Origin: Mytilus trossulus | Lineage: Eukaryota | Length of the DNA: 64,000 nucleotides | Reading direction: 5' to 3' | NCBI RefSeq assembly: GCF_036588685.1 | Contig: NC_086382.1 | Location: 25,048,001 to 25,112,000, forward strand | In this document: in pieces, positions 1-12,810 of the stretch | How positions within the stretch are numbered: position 1 is the stretch's first letter | Layout: each line of letters starts with the position of its first letter | The notes under the pieces: generated by a model | Seen by the model: the letters and a program-made list of their open reading frames with translations, nothing else | Databases searched by the model: none | What the model was told of the DNA's origin: nothing | Position numbers and translations under genes: made by a program

Positions 1-220
1 CACAACGTCTCACGAAGCAACAGATAATGTTGACCAAGACGAGACCACAACGTCTCATGAAGCAACAGATAATGTTGACCAAAACGAGATTACAGCGTAT
101 CATAGAGAAATAGATAATGTTGACCAAGACGAGATTACAGCGTCTCATGGAGAAACAGATAATGTTGACCAAGACGAGAATACAGCATCTCATGGAGAAA
201 CAGATAATGTTGACCAACAA
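1..220 (+). repeat. Coding minisatellite, 45-bp unit (ExTxSHEATDNVDQD), copy A
   Basis: About 5 visible units of GAGAxxACAxCGTCTCAxGxAGxAACAGATAATGTTGACCAAGAC. Confidence 0.9.
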
Positions 221-1232
221 GAGACGAAACCAAATTTAAAATTATACGAAATTGCATTGATGTTTTTTTTTACTTTGTATGATGTTGTCATCTGTGCTGC
301 TGACATTTGAATTTGTTATATTTTTTATGAAAGTAGCGACATATACAATGGTTGGACTAATTTTAAATTCATCACATGCCATGCAGTACATATCGACCAT
401 TTCTTTAGCATGGTTGTATTACAATAGATGTTTTGGTGGAATTAGTCAGATTTATAAGAACTTTAATAAAGCTGTTCAAACCATTCTATATAGGGTGAAC
501 GAACTTCGAGCGGACGAAATAACAAAACAAGAAATGAAAGACCATAAAAACAAAGCATTAAAAGTTAGCAATAAAAGTATGTCCAGAACAGAGAGGAGCA
601 TCGGTACTTATGATAGAGATCCTAAATTCAAGACAAAAGGCGTAGTTTTATTGTTTGATAAATTTGATAAACAATATACAACGAAACAGTTCTTCTTCAA
701 CATTTGTAAAAATATACCAGATGGACCTGGACCATACAGTAAACACTATGGTATAGCTCTGAGACAATTTTTCGTCATTTTCTTATTCTTACTGTTCGTG
801 ACGCTTGTTGTAATAGCTTTTGGTGATTCCTACAGCGTATCTTTTCCAAATCAGCTGTTAGCAACTCTGGCCGGCGGAGTGGTGCCCTGGATTCTTATGA
901 AAACTAATATATTATTCTCACAAGATGACCCGCCTGACGTAGATGAAATTTGTGAAAGATATTTTCACAAACAGAAAAATAGTGAAAGTGATTCAGAAGG
1001 ATTGTTTAATATGTTTAAGAAGACTTTTGACAACGAAATTGAAAAAGACAGCAAATGGTGGATCATAGGTGATATGGATGTGGCCGATGAATTGACTTTG
1101 GACGTAGAACCATCTGAGGCTGATTTACTTATATGGAAAGGGAGAGAATCAACGTGTACGAAAAAAAAACCAGTTGAGAATCCGACAGAAATTAAAGACG
1201 AAGATGAAGGGCTGATAAAAAAAGACCAATAG
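1..1232 (+). pseudogene. Multi-pass membrane protein paralogue A, 3' part of the large exon (5' end outside window); +1 frameshift in T9 run at 263-271
   Basis: Near-identical to 22948..24178. The upstream frame (codons from pos 2) encodes the same 15-aa repeats as copy B. A has T9 where B has T8 (ATG TTT TTT TTA), shifting into ORF 279..1232. Could be a homopolymer error rather than a true pseudogene. Confidence 0.75.
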
Positions 1233-3907
1233 CTGATAATTTTCAGTTACTAGTAGTTACAATCACCAACTTTCGAAAATAATATGATCGTAACTGCAAT
1301 ATTTATCAAGAATTTATTTTTTTATAAAATTACTTTTGTTAAAAGGGAAAACATAAACAACTGAACCCCTATTGTCAGATGCACGCGTCGCTATACTAAG
1401 TGCTATACTCTCATAGCCTTTTTTCCTTTTCTTTTGTTTGAAAGAACTACTGGATTGGTGACATGTTGGTCCAGTTCTTTTGAAATAGGTAAAATGTGTA
1501 CGGCAATATTGTTAATTCTACCATGACGTCTGCAACTGATTTAGTTCACTTCTCGATATTTTTGGAATGGGTGTTGCTTATATTTAGTGTGACTTCATTT
1601 GTTGTGTGCCCAAAATAAGAAGCCTTGTGAGCTGTACTGAATGAGAGTTATCATACAAATTGTACCTGCAAGCGCAAAACGACGAGTTCGATTTATAAAG
1701 CTGGATCTCCTTACCCTTTCAGAGCACCTGTTGTCGCCCGGTTTTATGTTTGGTTTTAATTGATATGTCTCTAGGTTTATTTATGTGTGGTGTTCTGTAA
1801 TTTGTTTGGTGTTTCGTTTTTTTTCTGCTTTTGTGTATCCCATGGCGTTGTTAGATTTGTCTTCGCCTTTTTAGTTTGAAGATCCATTTTGTATAGTTAG
1901 TCTTCTTTATTTGCTCCTATAAATATATTACGATGTTTCTCTCTTTCGTAGAATTTTTTTGGGGGGAAAATATTTGATAGTCTCTGTTTTAATTTACAAG
2001 TTATCTCTATTTTGGACGATTTAAAGTTTGACATATCTCACAGTTATATATCTATTAATATTGAAAACTGTATGTAAATAAAAGGTGTTTTATTCACCAT
2101 CTAGTGATTGTGATGCATGTTGTTTGGTGTGTTGTCGGCTTGCCATTTCATTGACGTACTTAAGTATTTTCTACTTCTCCTTTAGCTTGCATTCGTTCAT
2201 GTGTTTATGTTTAAATCGGAAATATGTTTTGTTACATATTTATGTTTGTGACTGGATTTGCTTATGATGCCCAAATCTTCAGATTACACTGCATAACTAA
2301 AAGACAATGTGGGGTGTGTGTCAATGAGACAGTTACTAAATGACACATGCACAACTACAATGTAATAACTAAAAATACATAGTGTCAAATGATTCTTTTT
2401 TTTATCTCAAATTAAAAATATTGTTCAGTGACGCTTTTGTTGGAAGCCATCAGTAGTAATAACATGTACCTGTTAAATAATGGAGTTTTGTATTATCTGC
2501 ACACTGACAGTGTTATACTGATTGCAATGTGTAAGATTATGAATTGACAATAGGATTTTATATACATTGGTATCGTTATACATATATAAGTTATGAGCCA
2601 CAATGTCATCGTAATTGGCGATTGACCTTGGCAGAAATGTTAACGATATCTATACACAGAAAACTCGTTCACCTGTTAACTTGCTGTTTAAATTATGTTC
2701 ACCGTCCGTAGACAATTTTACTCATGGCAGAGGCAAGCTGTATGAAGCGTTACCTCAGACATTGTGAAGTCGCTATAAGTTTTGCTTGATATCAAAAGAT
2801 GTGACATGAGAATCACCTAGCGACTGAATTTTAGAATGGTGTTGTTTGTATGAACTTTATATATTCGTGTATGTATATTGTTATGTTTTTGGCAAAACAT
2901 TTTTTTGACCTAGTGTGTTGTACCCTATTCATTCTACATTGTATATATCGACTGTACATGCAATTTTTAATTAAAATTTAATTGAATCGAGTTACTTTTC
3001 TAAGTCACGTATTTCTACAAACTAACCTAGATTAACCAAGCGAACAGTAGTGGGTACGAATTTGCCGTTGAGTACACAAAGAATGATGCCACTTCTGTTA
3101 TTACAAATTGTAAAATGGATCAAGACAAATACAACGATAATTAAAATATTTGGAAAGGACGAGTTCATACATTTATTGATGTAAGGATATACTGTATATC
3201 TGGTACTGGTGGTTAATAAGCAGAAACCGGAATATTTTAGTGAGTCCGTCTACATTGCAATCTTAATATACAACTAATTCAAACAATTAAACTTGATTCA
3301 AATGCCTGTTTCCTTTAAATATACATTTAAATTAGGGATACTGGCTGTCTGTTACAAACTAGCAAGCATTTTAAAAGAATGTTTACAGTTGAAAGTCTAT
3401 GAATAAATAACTGAACTAAAAAAGCAAATCATGACATATTTAAGGTGGCCCTGGTTTTGAGATATAATTAATGGAAAATTTGGAGGGCAGTAATATTGTT
3501 GTTGAAAAGTAGATCATATGCTGTTGATGTATGGAATTCTCTTCTTTCATTTTTTTCTACTTATTGATGTCTAATATTTTGATTTTACTTTTCTAACTTG
3601 TATAGATATAAGAAGATGTGGTATCAGTGCCAATGAGACAACTCTCCATCCTATTCATAATTTGTAAAAAGAAAACAATTATACATAGATCAAAGGAGCC
3701 TTGATTCTCACTGAGTACCAACCAATAAAGGGCCAGAAAACAACCCAAACAGGAAAACCAACAGTCTAATCTATAAACAAAACGAGAAACTTTTATGAAG
3801 CGCATCAACAAACCACCACCACTGAACAGGCTATTGGCAGATGCATGCAAATGCAGTGGGTTTAAGTGTTTCAACAGGTGCAAACCTTCTCCTGAAACAG
3901 TTGTGTA

Positions 3908-4532
3908 AAGTCCCGGCCCAGTCCCACTAGATCACGATCGCAACACGCTCACTGCTTTCTTAAATAAATTCAGATCGTGGTAAAGTCGCGATATGAGCGA
4001 TATGAAAATGTAAAATTTCGTTACTTTCACGATGCTACTACGTCCTCATTGTTTTTCTGGTCCTGCTATCGTCATATCGCGCGTATTCTGCGACCTCAGT
4101 ATGCTTATCAAGATATTTCTACGCTCATCACGTTATCACTACGACCATACCACGAGTTATCCGATTGCAACACGATGTTACCGCGCTTCTACTGCGATTA
4201 TAGCGCGATCTTACCACAATTTTACTACGTTTATAACGTATTCTTACTACGTTCTCAGCAATAACGTCAACATCGTGTTCCATGTCAATACAGTTCCATT
4301 CCTTCTATTTCTGATTACTACTTAGATTTCAAGGAAACAATAAAGTCATGCCACCAAAATCTACTAGAACACGTGGGCGTGGTGGTAAGGGTCGATGTAG
4401 ATGCAGAGGGGGCTCTGATAATCATGATCAAACATAGAAGTCAGACCGACCAATTCAACATAAATTACAACATATTGCTGGTCCATCAAGCTCAAATGAC
4501 GATATTAAAGTGATCGATAGCAGAAATGACAC
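3908..4532 (+). mobile_element. Truncated left end of a PIF/Harbinger-like DNA transposon
   Basis: GGCCCAGTCCCACT terminus, ACGAT/CTACG-rich subterminal region, then a decayed ORF start MPPKSTRTRGRGGKGR at 4348. No right TIR seen. Confidence 0.4.
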
Positions 4533-4540
4533 ATATGTAT

Positions 4541-4652
4541 AAAATTGAGAATGGAAATGGGGAATGTGTCAAAGAGACAACAAAAAACAACAGCAGAAGG
4601 TCACCAACAGGTATTCAATGTAGCGAGAAATTCCCGCTTCCGGAGGCGTCTT
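4541..4652 (+). repeat. Dispersed SINE-like repeat (AAATTGAGAATGGAAATGGGGAATGTGTCAAAGAGACAAC family)
   Basis: Same sequence recurs at 5058, 10226, 14257 and 44794. Confidence 0.8.
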
Positions 4653-5057
4653 AATAGAATGAAGCATGTGTTTTTGAAGAGGTTGTATAATGCAGTACTT
4701 ATTTATGTTCATAATTCGGAAGCGATATAGAATTTTATGTTCTAATGATTTACGAATGTGAATCATACCAGGAAAGAGCGGTGAAGTCGATAATAAACTG
4801 ACCACTTACTAAATAGAAAAAGACAAACAAATATCAGTTCTCAAACATAACATATAAAACAAAAGACTGGGAACTGTAGTAGAAGAGTAAATTGATTCTG
4901 CTGCAAGCAGCATTACCGATCGTGTTGATCAGGTACGTACAAACACGGTTATAAGACGGGTAATTCTATACCTGCAATGTCGCTTCAATTTTGTATAAAC
5001 ACAATTTTTTTCATATATCAAACTTGAAATAAGCTTGACAAAACAATAAATTGGAAT

Positions 5058-5300
5058 AAAATTGAGAATGGAAATGAGGAATATACAAAAGAGACAACAA
5101 CCCGACCATAGAAAAAACAACTGCAGAAGGTCATCAATAGGTCTTCAATGTAACGAGAAATTCTCGCACCCGGAGGCGTCCTTCAGCTGGCCCCTAAACA
5201 AATATATACTAGTTCAGTGATAATGAACGCCATACTAATTTCCCAATTGTACACAAGAAACTAAAATTAAAATCATACAAGAATAACAGAGACCAGAGGC
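5058..5300 (+). repeat. Dispersed SINE-like repeat, same family
   Basis: Near-identical to 14257..14460 (GAAGGTCAxCAAxAGGTCTTCAATG...CCCGGAGGCGTCCTTCAGCTGGCCCCTAAAC). Confidence 0.85.
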
Positions 5301-5385
5301 TTTTTACCATATTCAAAGTAGGTCACTTTTATTTGTCATCCCACAACTATCATCGCTAGAATACAAATGTTGAGGGATTTATATA

Positions 5386-6078
5386 GACAATAACTGTTAA
5401 GGGTCTTTAAAAAGCAGCTGTATTTGTACGAGGCTAGTAAACAAAGTGTATGCGAGCTTTTAGCGACCTATTACATCTGCTTTGCGCCAAGTACAAAATC
5501 AGCTGATTTTTAAAGACCCTAAACAGTTATTGTCCTTATCCTGCAATTAATGCTGTATATTATTTGTGTTTTGAAAGACACAAAAACACACGTTTTTCAT
5601 TTAATTTCGATTTCAAATCACAGTAAAAACACAGATAACAAAACATTGTCAAATTTGAAACAGGAGTGTACGAATGGTCCTACGGTTCAGACTCGACATT
5701 CACTCAACATGCATGCTGAAATTGACATGGTTATTCTTGTCACACAATCATACACATTCAAGTTTTGAAATTGATAGTTGTCATCGTAAAAAGACTGCTG
5801 TTCATGTGTGTATGATCGTGGTATGTTATCAGAATATTGGTGTGATTCCCATTGCTATAAAAAATGTTTGAAAAAGTCATTGTTAATTTGCAATTAAAAC
5901 GTCATTGGAATGCGACTAGTACTGCATGCAATGCACATTCTGAGGTCAAGCAGGTTCAAATAATACTCAGTTCCGCATTGGGCAGAGCTTTAAAGCGATA
6001 TCTGTATAGTATACAGATACAGTATAGCGATATCTGTAGGGTTGTATCTGTATAGTAGAACACCCAATTGCAGGATAA
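5386..6078. mobile_element. Non-autonomous element: ~150-bp terminal palindrome plus 13-bp inverted repeats (Crypton-like architecture)
   Basis: GACAATAACTGTT..AGGGTCTTTAAAAA.CAGCTG (5386) mirrors CAGCTG.TTTTTAAAGACCCT.AACAGTTATTGTC (to 5534). TTATCCTGCAATT (5536-5548) pairs with AATTGCAGGATAA (6066-6078). Confidence 0.55.
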
Positions 6079-6349
6079 CTATATATATTTGTACCCAAAT
6101 TACTGATAGACTTATACATATTATGTGGTACTTACGTATTGTCTTTTGGTAACAGATATTTGTTAAAACTTTAAAGATCACGTCAAGTCCGACAGACACA
6201 ACTTACGCATGTTACACTCTAGACCTTCCAATTCAAAACAAATTAAGCCGTTAGCTTTCTCATTTTAATTGCTTTATTATGAAGTTTATAGTTTTCGTGT
6301 CATACGGTATGGGTGTTTATCCATGCTGACGGTCGTTATGATGCATTAC

Positions 6350-7360
6350 ATCTCCTTTTCTCTTTATATTCATTTGGTAGTTGACTGGATAATGGAGAAG
6401 GCAACAACTGAAAATCATGGTATACAGTGGGGACTAACAACATTTTAGAGGACATGCACTTCGCTGATAATATCAGCCTCTTTTCTTATACACATGGACA
6501 CATGCAGAAAAAGACAGATAAAGTTACACCAGAGGCAGCAAAAGAATAACTGAAAATAAATGCAATAAAACCTAAGATGATGAAGATAGCTACAAAAAAA
6601 AAACCACAATAACTGTGAACGGAAAATAATTCGAAAAAGTAAATTCCTTCAACTATCTTGGTAGAAGAATTTATGCAGAAGTAAATATTGAAGAAGTCAA
6701 TATCCGTATTGAAAAAGCAGCTGCTGCCTTTAAGAACATGAATAACATATGGAAAAAATGCAAAATTTCTAGAAAGACAAAGATTAGATTATATTGGAGC
6801 ATTGTTAGATCAGTTTTGCTGTACTGTGCAGAAAAAGGAAAACAACTAAAAAAGTAGAAAGTCAAATAAGAGAATTCGAAGGACGCTGTTAGAGACGAAT
6901 TATTCACATCAGTTGGTCAAATGTAATTTCAAACAGTGACTTATCTTAAAAGAACAAGTGTGAAGAATATAGTGAAGGAGATCATGAGAAGGATATCATG
7001 AGAATAAGATCATGAGAAGGATATCATGAGAAGGAGATCATGAGAAGGAGATCATGAGAAGGAGATCATGAGAAGGATATTATGAGAAGGAGATCATGAG
7101 AAGGAGATCATGGAGATGGAAATATATTGGACATTGCGAATGGATAACAACCATCATGTGAAAAAGGTGTTGACACGGACACCACAAGAAACAAAAAAGC
7201 CTGGTAGACCTAAAGGCACTTTGAGAAGAGATATAGCAGTAGAGGTAAAAATACATGGTTACACCTGGAATCAGATAGACAAAATTGCAAAAGATAGAAC
7301 GAGTTGGAGGTCCCTTGTTGATGCCGTATGTGTTCAAAACATAATGCAGATTAAGTAAAA
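6350..7360 (+). mobile_element. 5'-truncated, decayed RTE-clade LINE (3' half of reverse transcriptase)
   Basis: Translates as LVVDWIM..GIQW..LEDMHFADNISL..MQKKT..LKIN, FNYLG, KPGRPK..T.RR and DRTSWRSLVDAVC, with stops and frameshifts. Confidence 0.85.
6975..7112 (+). repeat. 14-bp minisatellite (GAAGGAGATCATGA) x ~10 inside the LINE
   Basis: Direct tandem units visible. Confidence 0.9.
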
Positions 7361-8816
7361 GTATTGGTTATAAATTCTTAATGCGACAAAAAGGTAAATT
7401 TCCTGACCTTAAAGTAGCTCAGCTGCCTCAATTATATCATCATAAACATATATACATCATATTTATTCTTTTACCTTAACCAAAAAATTATATTTCTTTT
7501 TAAATGACTGTTTCAATATTCAGTGTATGTAAAGTGCGGATCCTAAAATATCATTTTTACTGTATATGCCATAAATGTCTAATGTAGAATGATAAATAAA
7601 CAGACGAACTTTTTTTAATTTTTGAAGAAAATGAAGAAATTTAGTTAAAATGTATATGTTCAGAAATACATAATACTTAATAAAACAAAGTAAGAGATGC
7701 GAGCGGTGTTTTATCGCGCCTAAAGCAATCCAGCTGTGAAATATATACCAAAATAGGTGAATATTTAGGACATTTCACGAACAGATCGTGCAGGTGCTTT
7801 ATAACTAACAGATAAGATGTTGTTGCAGTAAAAAATATTCATTTTAATACAATTATTAAAGTCGTATAACGTAGAATATGTTTTGTCATTCAGTTTCTTC
7901 ATAATTAACTAAATTCCACTATGATGATTTCGTAATGCTAGTCATGTTTACTGTCAAATAATGATACTATTCTTTCATTTTCACTGTGGAGCGAATCATT
8001 AGTATTGTATATGCGGTGCATTTTCACTGTATAATTATTTATTTTTATCTATTACAGCTCATTTCTTTAAGCATGTAGAGCAAGACTTTAGTTGATTTGC
8101 CTGCTTTTTTTTTTTATTGAATAATCATTATGATAACACCCAATTTAATTCAAATATTAAAAATACAGGTTAAACTATGCCTATTCATATTGTTTAAAAA
8201 TGTCAATCTTATTTACAAAGTGTGTATAAACAATTATACAAACAAAGCAAGCAAGCCAACCAAAGTTTTGCTTTACATGCATTAGAAATTAGCTGTACAG
8301 CCTTAATTTAGCCGACTTGCTCAAACAATAGATAAAGTAAGAGAAAGATTTGATAAAATTTAACTTACGAAGGAAAGTTTGGTTTTAAAACACTCTAATA
8401 AATTCAATAGAAATAACATTCATTTCAAATGTATTCCATTTAGTTTCTTATAAAGCGTATAGGGATCTTTATCCTTATTTTTATATCCATTTCCATGACA
8501 GTTCACCACTAATTACGTACATCTTGCACCTTAGTTTTCCCGTTTAAAAGGTTTTACACTGGAGCCCTTTATAACTTGCTTTTCGGTGTGAGCCAAGACT
8601 CCATGTTGAAGATCGTACTTTGACATGTATAATGGTCTACTTTGATAAATTGTGACTCGGATGGAGAGTTGTCTCATTGTCACAAACGACATCTGTATAT
8701 ATATATGGCTCAAAAACGAAACGAGACGGGATAAAAAGGGATAAAAAAAATTCCACGCTAATTTTTTAATATATTTATAATGGGCTTAATACGAGTCAAA
8801 ATAGAGTAAAATAGTG

Positions 8817-9075
8817 GGTCGCATTTGTGTATAAGCGTCACGCCGGATTGCCGACTTTTTGCAAGCGTGACATGTGAAAGTCAAATTATTGTGTAGTGAA
8901 AAACGGGAAATGAAGTCTAGCGGGACACGGATAATTACAAAAAATTAGAACTGCATAGTATAAGCGGGATACGGGAATCTGACAAAACAATAAGCGGAAT
9001 ACGGAAATCTGACAAAACAGTAAGCGGGATCCGAGATCAGAACACCCCCCCCCCCCCTCCCCCCCAATGAGACCG
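8817..9075. mobile_element. Degenerate MITE with ~30-bp internal tandem repeats (TAAGCGGGATACGGGAATCTGACAAAACA)
   Basis: Imperfect ends GGGTCGCATT / AATGAGACCG; about 3 internal repeats; C-run. Confidence 0.45.
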
Positions 9076-10982
9076 CAGAATAAGATATTTTTGTATATTC
9101 ATCCTATTGTTACAGTCATGCCTTCAATAGCAAATGTATCCCATGCATGCATTTTTTTTGTCCTTTTTTCAATTTTGTGGGGTCCAAAATAGACAAAAGT
9201 CCTTTAATATAGATATTTGGAATTCGTTGACATGCTGAATCTAACCGTGCATCTAGCTTGGGGATTTTTTGCCTAGTTGCTGAAATAGCCCACATAGAGT
9301 TCCAAAGGGTCTAAAATCAACAAAAATGAATTGTAGCATGCATTTCGTGTATAATAACCCAAATGTGCATGGTTTTACCTCTGCGGTAGTATTCATTCGC
9401 GGATCTAGAATTTTTCAAGTAGGGGCCCACTGACTGCCTAAGAGGGCCCGCTGCTGTCACGCTCCAGTGATTCCATATATAAGTTAAAATCAAGGAGAAA
9501 CGTAATCTGAATAATATAATATGACATTTTGAGAATCGCTTTGAAAAGCTATATATTTGATGAAGAATGAATGAGGAGTTTGTATTTCAATTTGAAAATA
9601 CATGTATCATAAATCCTAAAGTCATCAACTAAGTTTTTTTTTCATTTGTTGCAAGTGCATTTATCACATAATTATACAATAAAAATTCCTCGCATTTTTG
9701 AAAATTCTACATTAATAATGACTGCACTAACAGTGATAATTCATCGCATCTATAGTTAAAATGGATCGCTTTCAATAATCGATATGCTATATCATGATGC
9801 TTTTATAACACTTATTTGAACTTTAATGCTATGTTTGTATATTATAAAGACATATTACAATGAAAATATGTTAAAACTTAACTTAAAATCCTTTAACTTG
9901 ATATTTTCAAAACGTAAACAAATACAGTTTTCCCATGATCCTTTATTCTACAATAGACATACCCGCATATAACAGTAAAAATGAACTAGCTGGATTCGCA
10001 CTTGATATACACTGATATTGATAAATCGGTTTTAACACTTGCTTTTTTAAATTGTAGGCAACAGAAATGACAGCACTCACGAGTTCTTACGTCTAGTGCA
10101 CATTTAAATGCAATTTGCAGTCTCGTTGCATGATTGTGTATTTTACGAAAGTGCTAGAAAAAGATTTACTAACCTGCAAACATAAATTTCGAATAAGACC
10201 ATGTTTAGTTCAAATGAACATGAAATAAATTGAGAATGGAAATGGGAAATGTGTCAAAGAGACAACAGTTTAGCTGAGATATTGTTGAATGGCTAAGAGC
10301 AGAACAAATTAGACACAAACACAATAAACTGATGTTGGGTTTTTTACAGTACCCTAAAATAAGTAAAGGTCATTAACGTTAACGTGCATTAAATAGTTTA
10401 AATTCAAACAGATCATTTTACCAAGCTACAGAAGATGAAATATCTGAGTAAAAGGTGACAGTAAAAACCAACATAAACGGTTATCATGACGATGAGTAGT
10501 TTTACTTCTAATTGTTAAAAGCCACACGTGAGCCTATAGCTGTTAATCTAGATGTCATTGGGTCTCTTGTGGGGAGTTATCTCATTAAAATCGTAACAAA
10601 AAATCATTGTAACATATTTGGTAAACAATGAAGCAGATCTTTGTTTGTTTAAATGTTGTTTTAAAACTTTGACACCCATGCTAAACATAGTCGTGGTATA
10701 CACTGATCCGTTAATTTGAGATTTAATGATAACGGGTTGCACACATAGAATATAAGTGCACTTCTATTTAATTCTAAATTTAAAAATCCGAAGAAGAACT
10801 TATATAGTGTTGTAACCTTGACTTTGAATGCAAACAGTTTAATTGGAATATGTTAAAACATGTATTATGTGAACAAGTTAACTGAATTTTAGAATTATAG
10901 TACAAGTTTGAATGCTGGATTAAATGCACACCTCTTAACTTAAAAACAATCATACTTCAATGTACTCAGAGCAAACTAGACC

Positions 10983-11049
10983 ATGGAAATCAAAATGTTA
11001 ACCTTGTTGTTTATTATTCACATTTTATTTCTGCTAATTCGTACTGCAG
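10983..11049 (+). CDS. Paralogue B exon 1, signal peptide MEIKMLTLLFIIHILFLLIRTA
   Basis: ACCATGG start, hydrophobic peptide and CAG|GTAAGT donor. Phase 1 matches the acceptor at 21165. Homologous to exon 48961..49024. Confidence 0.8.
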
Positions 11050-11300
11050 GTAAGTTAACAGTAAATCTTAAATGACAGTTATGTTTATTCTAAAACTTCC
11101 TATTTTACCAAAACAACATTTATAGAAGAAAATATCCTGTGATATCTGTTTACAAAACTTTTATTTTTTTCGAAAAAATGAGGATTTTCTCTCCAAGGCA
11201 TAGATTACTTTAGCCGTATTTGGCCGACTTTTTGAAATTTTGGATCCTTAATGCTCTTCAACGTTTTACTTGTTTGGCTTCATACATATTTTGATTTGAG

Positions 11301-11343
11301 CGTCACATATGAGACTTATGAAGACGAAATGTGCGTATGGCGT
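11301..11343 (+). ncRNA. Degenerate minimal type I hammerhead ribozyme motif in a Penelope/retrozyme-type repeat (~11170..11375)
   Basis: cgtca-CATATGA-gacttatgaagac-GAAA-tgtgc-GTA-tggcg. The CUGAUGA core is mutated; same family as 61633. Confidence 0.6.
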
Positions 11344-12486
11344 ACTAAATTATAATCCTGGTACCTTTGATATTAAACATTTTTAGCAACTCATTCTATA
11401 GATAGATAGTTTATTCTCATGAAATAATGCAAATACAAAGGTTTCAGAGAAGTTGAAAAATAATATATATAAAAATAAAAATGCATTAAAAATAAATAAA
11501 ATTCAACATGTTCAAAATATATAAGATTATTGTTTTTCAGATTTAAAATTCACTTTAGAAAGGGAGTCTTTTTAAATAATGATATATGTAAATATAATAT
11601 TTATGTTTTCTGTAAAACCATAAATATCTTTATTTGAAACATTGATTCGTACATAATTTTGTGTAGATTACGGTTAGAAATGATTCTGGCCTAACTAACA
11701 TACAAATATCTTGTCTAATGGGGGAAGAGGGAGAGAAAGGGAGGGGGATTGAATCCAAGTGTGTCCAAAATCACGATGATTCTAACAAAACGTATCTGAA
11801 CATTATCAAGGTGCTGGACATACATGTATTTGCAAATTTTTGAAAATCGGCATTCTTAAAGGAACAGACTGTGCCGCTCTTCTTGCTACTTGTTCCTTTG
11901 TTTACATGAAGCGAACTTCATACATGAACTTTTGATGAGGAACTAAAAGAAGTAAAAAGTAAATTCAGCAGACACATTTATATATATAGTATGCGTGATC
12001 ACTAAAGATTTTGTAAAAACTGGTTGATTTTTCCGAGGGCAAACAATCGGAAAAGAATGAGTAAAATTTTAACATGTTAAAGTGCGATGGTTTTTTTATA
12101 TATTTCAAACGTTTTAAAGTTTGAAGATACCACAATTCGTTTTTGTAACACCTCTCCTGTATTTTCATGGCTGTAACTTAACTAAAGTATTATTGCGAAT
12201 TTTGAAACAACTTCAGTATGGGTTGCGTCACATTTTTATTCTGATTTTGTGAATAGGTTTGCAAGATGAAATCCAAAGTTAAAAACATATTAGAAATTGA
12301 TCCCGTATTATAATTTTCCTAACCATTGCAAGGGTTTGGTTTGAACATTTAACTTTTTTGTTGAGTTCTTTTAACAAAAAAACACATTTCGATTACTTTT
12401 TTACCTGGTTTCATTCAGTTCGGCGTTTGTATTCTAATTCATGAGATTCATGTTATCACGATCCTTAAACAAAACAAAACAAAACT

Positions 12487-12810
12487 TTACGACAAAAGAG
12501 ATGATTTCAGCTTTCCAATTGTAAACTTCCCATGTTAAGTAACAAAATTCAAGCAGCACCTGCATACGTTATCACATAAGCAACACGACGGGTGACACAT
12601 CTGGAGCAGGATCTGCTTACCCACCCGGAGCACCTGAGTCTAGTTTTTGGTGGGGTTTGTGTTGCTAATTATTTAGTTTTCTATGTTGTGTCATGTGTAC
12701 TATTGTTTGTCTGGTTTTTTTTTTTTTTTCATTTTTAGCCATTGGGTTGTCAGTTTATTTTCGATTTATGAGTTTGACTGTCACTCTGGTATCTTTCCTC
12801 CCTCTTTTTA
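12487..12810 (+). mobile_element. Penelope-like element fragment plus associated GGAGCAGGATCTGCTTACCC repeat
   Basis: YDKRDDFSFPIVNFP...AAPAY motif. The repeat part recurs near 1700, 18095 and 24650. Confidence 0.65.

Larger units (their letters stand above)
1..4532 (+). repeat. Segmental/tandem duplication, copy 1 (partner 22948..27513)
   Basis: Colinear near-identity at offset ~22946 across CDS, 3' UTR and intergenic DNA. Homology ends after ...gatcgatag(c/g)aga(a/g)atgacac. Confidence 0.92.

Noticed and set aside
2085-2267. Short ORF conserved at 25031..25213
   Set aside because: GTG start with no motif; conservation simply reflects the recent duplication
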